The notes under the pieces are model-generated. The model saw nothing but the letters and a program-made list of their open reading frames with translations, was not told where the DNA came from and ran no database searches. From Octopus sinensis (lineage: Eukaryota): a stretch of DNA of 64,000 bases. The stretch's first letter is position 1. Every line of letters starts with the position of its first letter. This document shows positions 50,399 to 64,000 of the stretch, in pieces. The stretch spans positions 16,120,001-16,184,000 of the forward strand of contig NC_043009.1 in assembly GCF_006345805.1 (NCBI RefSeq), written 5' to 3'. The translations under genes and the position numbers were made by a program.

Positions 50399-53300
50399 CT
50401 GAAAATAGAAAATAAAGTGAAACGTAATAATATCTAACTTTTGCGCCACAATGCTAACTGGTTATTTTTACTTTATTTTTTCGTTTATTGACTTATTCTT
50501 GAAACTAAAATCGTTATAATTAGGGAAGACTGAAGATTGGAGTCAGTACTTCAAAGCCTGTGATTTTAATCCTCGGAATTCTGGCAGATGTTTCAAATAT
50601 ATTTTTTTTAATATTTTACGTAATTCTTTTGATGTAGTTTTCTTGCATATTTATTACGATATTGCTGGCTACTATTTGACATAGAATTTACAACAGTAGA
50701 AACAAATAGTTTCAATGACAAAAATACTTTTGAATTACCTGATATGATTATTATTATTTTGCTTACTTTTTGCAGTTAACGCTGTTGTTTTATTAAAAAT
50801 TTAGCTTTATTCTCTTTAAATAGCTTTTATACATGTCTTACCTCCTATAATTTAAAAAACCACATTAGAAATATTAAACAAAACAATATTGCTGGCAGTA
50901 ACAGACTATATGGCAGCAAAGGAAGTCGAGTATCATAGTCCACGCTACCTACGGCAATATGAGCCACGTCAGGATAAAATATAATATATCCCATGTCAAT
51001 CACATAAACGCATAAACATTCATTTATAGCTATTCCATTATTTCGCACAACTTTTGCTCTGCAGTAGCCATTGAAATATATCTTCAAATATCTTTACCAG
51101 TATAATATTTTTATTCCCTGGAATGCAAAACACAACAAATTGTCACATATATTCCAAATATTCCCAAAAATGGGCTATAACATTTCCTCTTCATTTAACA
51201 TATGTAGAACCTTCCTGGGGTGTGACTATTCGTCATCATTCATATACAATAAATCAACGAAATATTATTTATTGATTAGTAATCCTTCATTGTTCACCAT
51301 CCATCTAGCTGTGTTTATATTTTAACGCAGAGAAAAATCACCGTTTCAAGAAATGCAGTAAATAATATGCTTTCCTGGTGAGGTTACAATATGACCGAAA
51401 CGTGTCTGGAAATAGCGTTTTCTTGTTCTTAAGCTATGTGAAAATTCTTTCTGTATATATGTGCGTGCATGTGTGTATGCATGTGTACGTGTGTGTATAT
51501 GAACGTTTTCATAAATATATGTATATTCATAAGTTTCCTTCGTATGTGTATGGGGTGATTATAAATATAGAGATATTCTTATGCAAACACTCAATCAATT
51601 ATATATATGCATATAGAATCAGACAGCTTCGTAGTTCGATAAAGAGAGAGAAAGTAAGAGAGAACGAGAGATTCAGTAAATGTACAGAGCGCATTGTTTA
51701 GAAAACATCTATTTTTGTATATAGTTCTTCGACATGTGTTTTAAATACATCTACGCTTGTTTTTTTAATATATATGTTTCATTCTGTGCGTTCTTATTGC
51801 CATGTATATGACTATTGACGAGTGTGTTTGCTTCTAGCAGTTCATATTACAACAATATAGTAATATATTACTTGAATACTATAGGAACCATTGCATTAGC
51901 ATGATTTACATACACAGCAATCACTAGTGACAGACGATGTTCAAAAATGCTTATCTTAAATTTGATAACGCTTATTGTTCCTTCAGGGATTTCATAGATG
52001 TGGACTCACAAAACCTTACCACAAACTTATTATCTGCAAGGCGAGGTAATTTGTTATTTATATGTTGGCTAATTCAGAATTTGGAAAATATATGTCAGCT
52101 AATTCGAAATAATCGCTGAAAAATTAATATTGATTTTACCATTACATAAAATTACGTCTAGTTTGCAAAGTAGATCAAACAGTCATAGAACTTATAAAAG
52201 AAATGTACGTTTGAAATACGGATGTTGTATTCTGAACACATTATGGCTTAACAATTTCTGAGGTTTGTAATGGATGAGAACAGAGGAAAGATGAGACCTA
52301 TACATTTCAAACACTGAGATCATAACGAAGATCGATAAACTTAGTGATGCTTTTAAATTGGTTTTTCTGTACCTGTGTTGGTGTAAATGTCTAAAGAGAA
52401 ATAACAGATATGAGATGTAATATGATGAAAGAAATCTCCGAGTGATTCATTAATAACTCAATCAGTTTTTTGCTTACCTTTCTCAGGTGAAGAATAGTTT
52501 CACAGGAAAAATATAAAGCTTCTCGTATATATAGAAGCAAGGAAGTCTTAAAACAAAAAGGTTTTAGGTGAAGTGAAGCAATCTGAGTTTTTAATCTGGC
52601 TTGCGGTTAAAAAGAGCGCTTTGCAACAATGTGGTTTCAGGTTCGTTACTATTCAATCCCTTGGACAATATCTTTTACAATAGCCCCGAGTCAACTAACG
52701 TCACGTGAGTGAATTAGGTAGACAAAAACTGTGTGGAAACCCGATATGTGTGTGTGTGTGCGTGTGTGTGTGCGCGCGCGTGTGCATGTATATACATGTG
52801 GGTATGTATATGCATGTATTTTTTGTGCTCATAACAACCTCGTTTGACAACAAGCGTTGGTTTGTTCACGTCCTCGTAACGACCAAACTTAAAAACATAA
52901 GTACTGGGATCGATTTGTTCGACATAAACTCTTCAAGGTAGTGCCCCAGGATAGACACGGTTCGATGGCAGAAACAAGTAAAAGATATATAATATCATAA
53001 TTTGTATCTCTCTTTTTTATTTTAGTCCTCTGGTGTATCCATGGCTGATATCTGACTCTCAAAATTTTAATGTTTTGTAGTAAATATGCACCAGAATTTT
53101 CAATCGCTTTAATAAATTTTAGTTGTCTGAGTGAATTGATTAATGCATCATTATCTCACAATACTCATCTTAACATTTTCAGCTGTGCACAGAATATTTT
53201 GCATGGTTAATGCGTAGTATCCAAACTACTAGGTTTTCTGACTAGTATATTCTTATCCAGATATCCTCAAAATTGATATTTCAATGTTTTACGAAGATGC

Positions 53301-54289
53301 GCCTTGAGGACAAAATTATAGACACAGGAAACACAGACGGTACACCAACTTATGGAGTAACCAGGCTATTCACATTAGAGGAAGTAGATCAGACATAGAT
53401 TTGAAAATTGGTCAGATTGTGTGATGCTTACATCTGTAACAGTATTTAGTCCTCAAGATTAAATCTATGTACTGTTTAAAATGGAGAACTTTTAATTAAT
53501 TTCCTAATTTTCCCCATGTTCACATAGCACAACTTCAAATAATTTAATTCTGGTTACTTTTACAAAAAGAATTCGATTGCATTTCTTCTAATTTGTAGCC
53601 TATTATATCTGGCAAATGAAGAGCATATACTTTGACGCATCTTCCTTAGATAATAGAAATACTTTAAACAATTTGACATTTAAAATGTCATGCAGCGGCC
53701 TTTTGAGTTCCTATAGTCGAGGTTGTCACTTAATAACAAAATAATAAAGTTTTAGTTCAAGACGAAAATGTAGAAGAAAGACAAAGAAGAAGCAGAGAGA
53801 GATACTAAGACAATATATCGGAAAAATAAGAGTAGGAAGTTGGTTTTTTTTTCCATCAGAATAATTTCGATTTTCAGGTTAAGTATATTTAATTGTCTGA
53901 AACATGCGAATACTATCGGCAACAACGACGCCAAACCGAACTGGCACCTCGAATGATTAGCTCATTATTGTCTGTGAGAGTTTCTATTTGTCTGCAAGTG
54001 TTTTGTGCAGTGAGTCGTTACACTTGTTGATATTACAAGAATGCTTGGCTACATAAGAAAGTTTGTTACGATGACAATCAACACAGCCAACTACATCCAG
54101 TTGTCGGGTAGTAATAAACTTGTTACAGATAATCATAAAAACGAATGCAAATTATTTGTCACGAAATGACCTTCAAACCAGCACTTCGGAGACAAAATGG
54201 TTGAAATTGGGGAAGGACAACTTGAATAATTTTATTAATTCATGTGCTAGTGTGTGCACTAACATACGAATATTGGTATATATACATAC

Positions 54290-54348
<59 letters not shown>

Positions 54349-54552
54349 GTATATATATATATATATATATAATATATATATATATAATATATATATATAT
54401 ATGGAGAGAGAGAGGGAGAGAGAGAGAAAAAGACAGACAGACAACGGACAAACAGACAGACGGACAGACTGAAAGATAGATAGATAGATAGATATATAGA
54501 TAGATAGATAGATAGATAGATGTAGACATATATACATACATATAATATATGC

Positions 54553-54594
<42 letters not shown>

Positions 54595-55780
54595 GTGAAT
54601 GTATGTATGTGTATATGTGTATACGTGTGTTTATGTATCTATGTACTCATGTCGGAATAGTTTTGAAGTTTATAATGGCAAAGCTAAAAAGAATGTATGT
54701 TTATCAATCATCGCCTCAAATAAAATACGCAATTGTTTGCAGCGATTCGACTAGCGAAGTTAGAGGAATTATTTTCACAAGATTAGGCCTAGGAATCCTT
54801 AAATTAGTTTCCACTATGATTCGAAACAACCCAAAACTGGAGCTTTTTGCATTTTGTCAAGCATCTGAGTATTTTGGCAAACTTTTAAAACCTCCAAGCT
54901 CAAGGCTTTTATAAGATCCACTTGTAGTCGATGGAGATTTCTACATCATACTGGTGGGTTTGTGCCTGAAGTGCTGCATTTATATTATATTCGTAAAAGA
55001 TATTAAAATTTGTGATTTAAATGGATAGAACATATCCTAAAATTAGACAAAAGACTAGAAGTATAGGAAAATGCAAGACGTTTATTACAAATAAAAGTGA
55101 TAAAGAATAGTTTACCCAAACCCAGCAGGTTGAATTACCCTTGCAGCTAAATCTGAGATTGCATTAGTCAGCAAGAAAATTTCAAGTAACTCCATAACAA
55201 CATTAGAAACTTTACAAACAGCGAAATGATGGTAACAGACATTATTTGGTTTCAAAAATATTACCAATAAACGTGACTCTAGATTTATTCAGTTTAAATT
55301 TGACCTTGTCGAATTTTGCCCTTCCATCTCTAAATATTTATAATGATATAAACTTATATTGTTATAGAAGAATAACATTTAGATTATCATGCATGCAACC
55401 AAAACTATTTTTACCCCAGGTAAGCAAATGACTTACTCTATATACGATTAGAGAGGAGTATTTATCAATTATAAATAGAATGGTTTTGTTGACAATTCAC
55501 TTTAAATTTAACAAAACAGGGGACAGATATTTTATGAATATTTAAGTACAGATTGGAAATCATTCTGCTGATGCTACTGATTAAGCCTTTTTAAAAATAA
55601 ATGATGCATGGAAGGAGGAGTTTTCTACAAGGTTTACTGAAGAACTTATGTTAGTGATTGCATTTAGTTAAACATGGAAGATTACCCATAAGTGTGTGCC
55701 TTTATTTTTAGGCTGTAAACATTAAAAGTTATGTAAAACTTGTGCAAATGTACGTAACTTGTGCATGAGTGTCTGGTGGC

Positions 55781-55980
55781 ATGTTGAATTATAGCTGAAT
55801 CACCAGCTTTATGCAGATAGAAGTGTATTGAGGTTAATCCATTAACACATCTAAAATATAACCCTTTGCAACTTAACGTATGAGATAAGTTGCGTAGGGT
55901 TATATATTAGATGTGTTAAGCGTTTAACCTCAATACACTTCAATCTGCATAAAGCTGGTGGGTCGGCTATAATTCAACGT
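55781..55980. repeat. 200-bp imperfect palindrome (fold-back)
   Basis: The arms pair across ~95 nt around a ~10-nt loop: atgttgaattatagc...gcaactta / taagttgc...gctataattcaacgt. Confidence 0.9.
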
Positions 55981-56059
55981 GAAAATGATGTATGGCTCAC
56001 GGCGGCGCTGGAGAGAATCGAGTTTCAATACTTCAAGGCGGTCCCAATAATCGAGATCA

Positions 56060-57010
56060 ACCATGCCCTTAATTATTTTAGTGAATGTTCTCTGGGGTGA
56101 TTCAGTTTTCGAAATGTTTTGCTTTGTATGTGGAGACCACAGGGGGCAGAAGTATTCGAGGTGTGGCTGTACAAAGGAGGAGAAAATACGAATGATGACA
56201 CCTTGTCTCTGGACCGAAAAGTTCTTAGGATCCAGAAGCTTATACTACGGGCTGTATCGACCTTATATGGGCATTGCAGCAGAAATTGTTGTCATCAATT
56301 ACTCCTAGGTCTCTTATATTATTAGATGTTGTGAGTGGTTCCCCTGAAGGAAGAGAGTGTGGCTGTTTTAGCATAGTTTTTTTCTTGCGAAATGCATCAG
56401 CCCAAATTTTCCCACGTTTAATTGCCTTTTGTTTTTGTCTGCCCATTGACTCAGAGCATGTAGATCAGATTGGAGTTCAGCTCGGTCTTCTCCATTGAGA
56501 ATTTCCTGGAGTTTGGAGTCAACAGTGAATATTTTCACTTTGCTGTGTTTTATGACGCTGGAAAGGTCTTTTATATAGACTATAAAAGAAGCGGACCGAA
56601 AACAGTTCCCTGAGGTACACCAGTGGTGAATATTATTGGGCTTGAATGCATTCTACCGATCACAACATGTTGTGTTGTGTTCTCCAGGAAATACTCAATC
56701 CAGTGTAGTATTTCTTCAACGGATTCCAGCATTTGACAATTTTAACAGTAGGATATTGTGGTTAACTCTGTCAAACGCTTTGCTGAAGTCAAGATATATG
56801 ACTTCAGAGTTCGAACTTAATCCCAAGGCTTTAAGGACATCATCGATGTGGGGTAAGAGCTGTGTTAGACAGTCCCTGCCGCAGTCAGAGCCATGCTGGT
56901 TTGTATTTGGCGGATTGTAGCTCTCTACGAACCCAGCTATCCTTCATCTCACCACCCTTTAACGATATGGGAGGTGAGTGAGATTGGGTGATAGTTGACT
57001 GCGGGGTATC
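56060..57010 (-). mobile_element. RT fragment of the same CR1/L2-like family
   Basis: 56640-57005 aligns by eye with 11150-11450 (gatagttgactgcg; tcaaacgctttgctgaagtcaagatatat) and extends further 3' (GVPQG-type region at ~56600-56625). Confidence 0.8.
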
Positions 57011-57580
57011 TAGAAATAATATATTTCTAAATCTCTCAGAGAGATTTGTGCAGTAGCAGCACGATAAAGAGATAGTATGTTGTCAACTTAATGTGACAGC
57101 CCAATAAAAGGGAAGAATGCTACTGTTATTTAGCCCCTTTGAATTACCGTTTCCTGTTGGACTTGACATATTTCCTGTCTCCTTATGATTCCAAAATGGA
57201 GATAAGCACCTCCACCCAGCAAAGCCAGCAGTCAGAGACTAGTTTCAGAGTCATAGCTCATCATCAGTCTGGAGTAACATGGCTTGCTAGCCGTCGACGC
57301 CTATCCGCCTTTGAAAACATATATATTTCAAGTGAAATACATTCACGGATTTTTGAAAATAGAAATACTATATTTCTAAATCTCTCAGAGAGATTTATGC
57401 AGTAGCAGCACAATAAAGTGATAGTATGTTTTGAACTTAATGTGACAGTCCCATAAAAGGGAAGAATGCTACTTTTAGCCCCTAAGAAACAACGTTTCCT
57501 GTTGGACTTGACACACTTCTTGTGTCCTTAAGTTGTTTTCAAAGCCTAGATAAGTACCTCCACCCAGCAAAGCCAGCATC
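57010..57580 (+). repeat. Tandem duplication with ~350 bp period
   Basis: tatatttctaaatctctcagagagattt...cctccacccagcaaagccagca occurs at ~57020 and ~57370. Confidence 0.8.
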
Positions 57581-57689
57581 CAGCACCTAATAGTTTGTCT
57601 TCTGTCTACAGTTAGATGTACGACTGCTATCCTTCAGTTTAGAGCTCCACTTAGATTATCAACATCCAGTTTGCTTTCTGTACAGTTGC

Positions 57690-57960
57690 TTAGTAACAAC
57701 AGTATCTAGTAGTATTACTAGTTATGTGGCCGAGCATTCCTTGTGTGAGAACACCTTTCGTTTTAAAACCAAAGATAATCGTTTTTCTTCTAGCACCAAC
57801 TCGAATGACCGTTGAATGACTAGCTCCAAGCTTCTCTGCTAGTTCCTCAACAGCTACGATGATATTTTGTCCCACCAGTGTTTGCAGGATGCCATCGTCG
57901 AGCTCTACAGATTTTCCAGGACGACGCTTGCCTTCTGGGCTATAATTACTGGCTCAGAAT
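57690..57960 (-). mobile_element. Mariner transposase N-terminal HTH fragment
   Basis: WFQK...RRPGKSVELDDGILQTLVGQN...VEELAEKLGASHSTVIR, frameshifted. Confidence 0.7.
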
Positions 57961-58429
57961 TTCTGGAACCATACTTATTGTCTGATCCCCATATACTGCA
58001 TTAATATAGGAGAAATGTAGGAGAAATTATGACAAGCAATTTATATAATCTGTTCCCTACGTACGTTTCACCGTTGTGGTTATTTGAATCATTTTGCATT
58101 TGATGTATACATGTGTGCATGCATGTATGTGCGTTTGTGTGTGTGTATGGGCGTATGTTAATCATTTGTAACAAATACAAACAAAAAGGAATCTCTTTTT
58201 GTAGTGAAAGCAGCAAGAAATACTATACTCGATGAAAAATTATCACAATGAAATCTTAGAATGAAGTATACAAAGACAAAATCGTAATTTTGTAGAATTA
58301 TATAGAAGGGGGAACTGAAAAGTCTACACGCTGACGATGAAGGATTGATGCTAGAGTTGAGTGATCTTGCCTGCGTCAAGTTTAGCTTTTTTTATTAATC
58401 ACTGTATTGCTTCTTGCCAAAAAAACTAA

Positions 58430-58740
58430 CATCTAGCATTTCTAAGTAGACTTCAAAAGTAACTAACTAAGGCTTCTCTTGAAAATGGGTTCTTGTTTCT
58501 TTGTCCTCGGGATTATCCTTCCGACGGATTTCATTAGAGAGTGTCCTAGCTACAACATCATCTCTGATCGGTAAATAATACCGTGTTGACATTTACGGAC
58601 AATTGCTTATGATGTAGGTGATATCTTCAGTGTGGACTTCACAAAGTCTGCATTGGTTGTCACATTTCCCTGCATCTCTGTCTCTTTTGTGCATCAGTTG
58701 CATGGTTGATGTGTCCTCTTCCTAGATTGCAAACCCTTCA
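58430..58740 (-). mobile_element. RLE non-LTR fragment (zinc knuckle region)
   Basis: DNQCRLCEVHTEDITYIISNCP*MSTRYYLPIRDDVVARTL, a CCHC-like knuckle followed by an RHD-like motif. Confidence 0.6.
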
Positions 58741-59757
58741 AAGAGGGAGTGTATGAATATACATATTTACATAAGCATATCATTGCTTTTATGCAAAAGT
58801 TTCGTAAATGCAATATGTTGCTTTTTGAGAAAACTGAAGCATAGTTTCACCATTTCATCGCAAAACCATTTCATAGCAAAAAACCATTTCATAGCAAAAT
58901 TCTTGATATCTTGGCATCTGAAGCAGCTGGAGCTACGATAGTTTGGCCAAAAGAATTGGCTATCGCAAAGAAAAAGAAAAATTGAAAAACACGCATTTGG
59001 CCAAATGTGGACATGCGACAGTTTAACATAATAGCAACGATACATATATTTAAACATACGTACGTATGTGAGTGTGTTTGTGTGTGGGGATCATGCATTT
59101 ATTTTTCGTTATAGTATTTTCAGTGCCTGTATGCTTGGGCATATGTATATATCTGTGATTAAATTGGCAAAATGTATACTGTGCATTCCCATGTGTTTGG
59201 TAGTTCATAATCAGTGGTATAAGTGCTTATATAAATTACTGTCGTTTCATAAACATTTATTTACGTTAGGGACGTCTATATTGAAAGAAAAACAGGAAAT
59301 CATTCATATGCAACTAGGAAAGATCTTAAATTTTTATCGATTGCATTTTTTACTATTAATCGAAATTGCATATCTTGAGAGTATGAACAATTGATTTTGC
59401 TTAAAATTTTAAAATTATTTTACTAGTATTTTCTTGATATTTATTACGTTTCAACTTTATTTTAAACTTTTTTATTGCTTTGTCTTATTTTGTATGGAAT
59501 TCATTTAGAATCATTGGGGAAAAACCTATGACACAGTTTTCGAAAGTGTTATTAGTATTTTTCATAGAAAATTGTATATCTATTTTTATAAACGTCATCG
59601 TAGTAGCAAAAACATTTAAAAAGAAGCTTTAGATCATATGGTTCTAAGATCAAACTTGTAACAGTTTGCAAATAAATACTTTACCTACTCAGCAGATATA
59701 TATGTGTGTGCGCGCGCGCATGTATACATGGAAATACGAGTGCAGATATACACGCGC

Positions 59758-59793
<36 letters not shown>

Positions 59794-59953
59794 GTTTGTA
59801 TATATATATATAATATATATATATATATACATCACCGTGATCACCGTGACCGACCAGGCTATCAGATGTTGCTACACATCGCTGGTCACAATGCGCTTTG
59901 CATTGTTTTTAGCCTTCAAGTGACGCCACCCCGCTGGCTAACCGAGCAGGCCA

Positions 59954-60049
<96 letters not shown>

Positions 60050-60169
60050 ATGTATGTAATCCTATTCAAACAAGAAGAGTTCACAATTAAAACCAACTTC
60101 ACTTGTGCTTCCGAGAATCTAATTTATATCATAACTTGTTCAGGCTGGAGACGTAACACTATAGTTAAC

Positions 60170-60880
60170 TATAGGGTTAACAAATTGCCATAGTCTGATG
60201 ATAAAGGACAGTATCGGAATTGTGGCTAAGAAAAGCTTGATTTGCTTTCCTGGTGTTTATAAAAGAGACCTGAAGGACAGAAACAGCGCCTGACATGAAG
60301 ATATAAGTAGTTGTTTTCAGAGTACGGACGACTGGTTGGCCACTTACCTATCACTGGGGGGATCCAGACTGCATGAAATTATATAAGGGAGAGAGCAACT
60401 GGAGTGAGATTAGGAGACGAGTTTGGAAAGTCAACAGTTGCGATGATGAAGATTATTGCGGAAAGGAAATTGTTATTTATTTCAAATCGAGAAGGGCATT
60501 TTATAGTGTGATAGTAGTAGAATAGTTTCGAGAGTTGTCCTAGAAATAGGTATTACTGAGGTGGGAGATGCAGCTTGGTTTAGGAAGAATGATGATTACA
60601 ATCACATCAATGTAAACAAACTGGCTGCTGTGCTGAAGAGCGTAACTTTAACAAGAAGGTTGCGCGATATGTATGTTCAGACTGATTCGCCATCAGTGAT
60701 GAGGTGTGTTTGATCAATAATTTATAATAAGAGGATTCGAACAACGAGAGTTGCAGATATGATTGCGAAGTGACACCTTGGAATCATAGAAAAGTTGATC
60801 GCCTTAATTCGACCTGAGGCTGCGAGTAGTCTTTTTGTCCTTAGAGAAAAATAGTAAAGTGAATGTTCTTATGTGGATAA
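60170..60880 (+). mobile_element. Ty3/Gypsy RNase H region fragment
   Basis: VVLEIG...GDAAWFRKNDDYNHINVNKLAAVLKSV...QTDS, with stops and frameshifts. Confidence 0.65.
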
Positions 60881-61453
60881 GAAAAACCTTTATTCTTTTA
60901 TTCTCTCATTTGTTTCAATCATTTGACTGCGGCCATGCTGGATCACCACCGCTAGTCGAACAAATCGACCCCAGGGCTCATTCTTTGTAAGCCTAGTACT
61001 TATTTTATCGGTCTCTATTATACTGAATGGGGGCGAAAGAATATTTTACCCAGTAGAGTTACCCAATTGAAGCAGAATCTGTACAGTCACTGCATTGACC
61101 ACACCAGACTAAATGAGCCTTTAAATGTCAAAGATGTCTTCATCTTCTCTCCGATTACTATGATAAAAGAGGCAATTCGTACGGGACGACTAATTCATTT
61201 ATATCTGTATGAGAATAACTTTTAAATTGAATACGTAAAGTATCCACTTGCGATCTTCAGATATAGTTACTGCACATCTCTTGTGATTTTAATTATGTTG
61301 TGTTTTTAATGTCTTTATTCTATTTTGTTTTATGCTTTTTTTAATAAGTATGAATTTTATAGCTTACATACCCGCAGATTGCGTCATTTGCTTAAACCAA
61401 CGGTAAAGAGAAAAACAATATTTATAGTAACAAATAATGATAAAGGTTCTCAC

Positions 61454-61696
61454 CGTTTGTATTGGTAACGCTAATGTAGAGTTAGATTCGACTTTTGTTA
61501 AGTTCTCATTTGTTGAATCCATTAATTCCATCGATAAAAGAAAAGCATCGTGAAGTATTGCATCAGCTAAGGTCAGGTTTTTATCGGTTAACATAGTTTC
61601 TGTACATTGGGACGAATTTTGGTCTACCATGAGCTGAAGCAATGTTACATTAGGATGCGCCGGAATTAGATCATCCAAATCTACTTCCTCCAGTCC
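61454..61696 (-). CDS. iGluR-family exon (243 nt, phase 0-0), ATD: GLEEVDLDDLIPAHPNVTLLQLMVD...DAILHDAFLL...LPIQT
   Basis: Acceptor ttacttttctag| and donor ACG|GTGAGA. NVTLLQLMVD and DAILHDA match the NITxFRLVD and AALMYDA ATD motifs of non-NMDA iGluRs. Overlaps ORF 61364..61678. Confidence 0.85.
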
Positions 61697-62199
61697 CTAG
61701 AAAAGTAAATGAAAACAATTACAAAAGGTGATGCAAATGATAAATTTAGTGTAATCAATAATTCTGAACTGAATATTTAATAATCAGTTATTGGTGTTCA
61801 TTTTCGACTGCTGTATGAATGTGTTCTGAAGTTGTGTAGATAATATTGATGCACTTTACTTCGAATTTTATGATATGAAGATGCAATAACTTATGTTTTA
61901 AGATTTCTCTGTGGTTTACAAGTTCGGGTTTCAATGTTTCGTCACAATTCACTAGAAATGTGTACTAGATTGGGTCTCTAAATAGATATAGAATTAAATT
62001 GCTTTCAAATCTTGACTTTATGAGAGGGAAGGATAAATTACATATTGTTCTTTCGACCGCTTGGATTGCTTACACATGTCTAAAATGCTTTTAAACATAG
62101 GTCTGTCTACTTGATTAGGAGCGATCTGAGGCTATACAAGTAGGTATGACCTAAATTTTTACCAATTTAAACGCAAGTTTTAGTGACGGAGAACGGAAT

Positions 62200-62580
62200 C
62201 AGTTGATTATTACAATGTAGAGGGTCCGTATGTTATTTGGGGACACGAAATTATCAGTACATTGCTTCAAACCAATTAAAAGGTTTCAAGAGGGAAGTAT
62301 ACCGATGTATTGCAAATAAAAAGCTAACTCAAGAAATCAGAAGACATGCATTTGTGCAGTCTCCAAACAATATCAGGTGCGGGAGTGGACTATCAGAACT
62401 GTGGCGCACAAGGACATTCAATACATATTTTATGTAAGGAAGAGAGGCCAATTCAGATTTTCAAGGGCACAGGAAAACCGTCTGATTCGTGCTAAGCAGT
62501 TACTTAACAAGATTAGAAACCCTCACGAAAGGACATGCTTTGGTTCTTTTTGATGCAAAAGACTTCGACCAAGACCAAAT
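62200..62580 (+). mobile_element. Tc1/mariner-superfamily transposase fragment
   Basis: TIRTVAHKDIQYIFYVRKRGQF resembles the post-HTH segment of Tc1/mariner transposases. Confidence 0.4.
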
Positions 62581-62881
62581 AGGTATTTCTTCTGTCGCTA
62601 CGTTCTGGGTTCAAATTTCACCGAGATCGGCTTTGCCTTTCATCTTTTCAAGGTTGATAAATTAAATACCAATGAAACACTGGAGTCGATGTAATTAACT
62701 GGTCCCCTCCCACCCAAATTTGAGGCCTTATACCTCCAGTAGAAATGATTATTATTATTTTTTTTTTATTATTATTATTATTATATTATTATTATTATTA
62801 TTATTATTATTGTTACTACTACTACTACTATTATTATCATTATCATTATTGTTATTATCATCATCATTATTATTATTATTA

Positions 62882-62966
<85 letters not shown>

Positions 62967-63423
62967 CATTATATTCTAAGTTAAAATTCCGCCGAGGTCG
63001 ACTTTACCTTTCGTCCTTTCGCGGTCGATAAAACAAGTACCAGTCGGATACTGACGCCGATGTAATTGATTACTTGGCCCCTCCCCTGAAGTTGCTGACC
63101 TTGTGCCAAAATTTGAAATCATTATTATTCATTTTGTTCATCATGCACAAGTGCGCGTGTGCTCATCGTTATTATACTTATTCAAGTTTAGAAAAACTGA
63201 AGCATGTTTTTAACAAGTCCCGAGCATATTGAACTAATCTAGGCATTTTATCTAGTTGTTTTAAGAGGTGTTTCTTTATATCGTATAAGACAGGAAAATA
63301 TTTTAAACATATGGGATAACTATACTGATATAAGGCATACACGGAGAATGGGTTGAGGTTGATTCCTTTGGGATAACAATGTATTTGTATAATGCATTTG
63401 TATAAGAAATAATTAGTACTTAC

Positions 63424-63477
63424 CATGTTGACTACTAACCAGTTATATGGATACGACATCATACTTAGTAATAGAGC
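63424..63477 (-). CDS. iGluR-family gene, first exon visible in window (54 nt, phase 0-0), ATD segment ALLLSMMSYPYNWLVVNM
   Basis: Acceptor tcatttcag| and donor ATG|GTAAGT on the minus strand. The peptide resembles the kainate/AMPA ATD segment (AQQVGMMSDYYHYIFTTL-like) and joins in frame to the 61696 exon. Confidence 0.8.
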
Positions 63478-64000
63478 CTGAAATGAGTTGGAAAACAAAA
63501 TAAACTATCAGTAATACAGCAAAACGAACAACTAGCAATAATATTTGCGTTAAAAATATTTTCACATTCAAAAACGTATCCATGTTTTATGACAAAGTAA
63601 TGTAGAGACGGCATATTGCATGTTTTATGTAGTTTTACATTTAAAAATACTACCTAAAATTTTATAGAATGTCTAAATAGCAACTGCATCATTTATACCT
63701 TTCCAGGTAATATTTTCCCTTGATAAAATTATATATTTAATGTGTACATTAACTAATTCATATAAAATATTAAGTAATTTGTAATTTTAGGAAAAATCTT
63801 TTGTCGTTTTACCGAAACTGAATCTTCCATGCGGGTTATAATAAATATATAGTGAAATTTAAAAATTGGCGTAAGATACGTATTTAGAGAAAATATTACG
63901 GCGAAATAACCTCTTACAATAGCTTGTTAGATTTCCACTATAGATTTACATGAACGTGATAGTTTGGCGTTGTCTTTTCTACTCTACAGGGGAGATATGA

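Noticed and set aside
54549-54914. 121-aa plus-strand ORF
   Set aside because: It begins in microsatellite, and the remainder has no recognisable motif or splice support.

Overview
AT-rich, microsatellite-dense animal genomic DNA. The SINE repertoire and (TA)n/(TAA)n density point to an octopod cephalopod (inference). Most of the window is intron of one minus-strand ionotropic glutamate receptor (iGluR)-family gene. I could splice six GT-AG exons by hand into one open frame of 1577 nt: 63477-63424, 61696-61454, 50398-50294, 37602-37474, 31831-31610 and 27856-27033. They encode the end of the amino-terminal domain, S1, M1-M3 and most of S2. The 5' exons lie beyond 64000, and I found no M4/C-terminal exon in 1-27032. 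The receptor is atypical: an AMPA/kainate/delta-type channel scaffold, GluN1/GluD-like (glycine-type) binding-pocket residues, and a genomically hard-wired Arg at the Q/R site. The introns contain (TAA)n-associated R4/Dong-like RLE retrotransposons, CR1/L2-like and RTE LINE remnants, Ty3/Gypsy remnants (one with LTR and PBS), a Helitron-like element, mariner/Tc1 fragments, MITEs and several SINE families. They also contain Penelope-like fragments with minimal hammerhead ribozyme motifs and several long fold-back structures, including an inverted repeat pair bracketing the S1 exon. Most ORFs in the supplied track are microsatellite artefacts.
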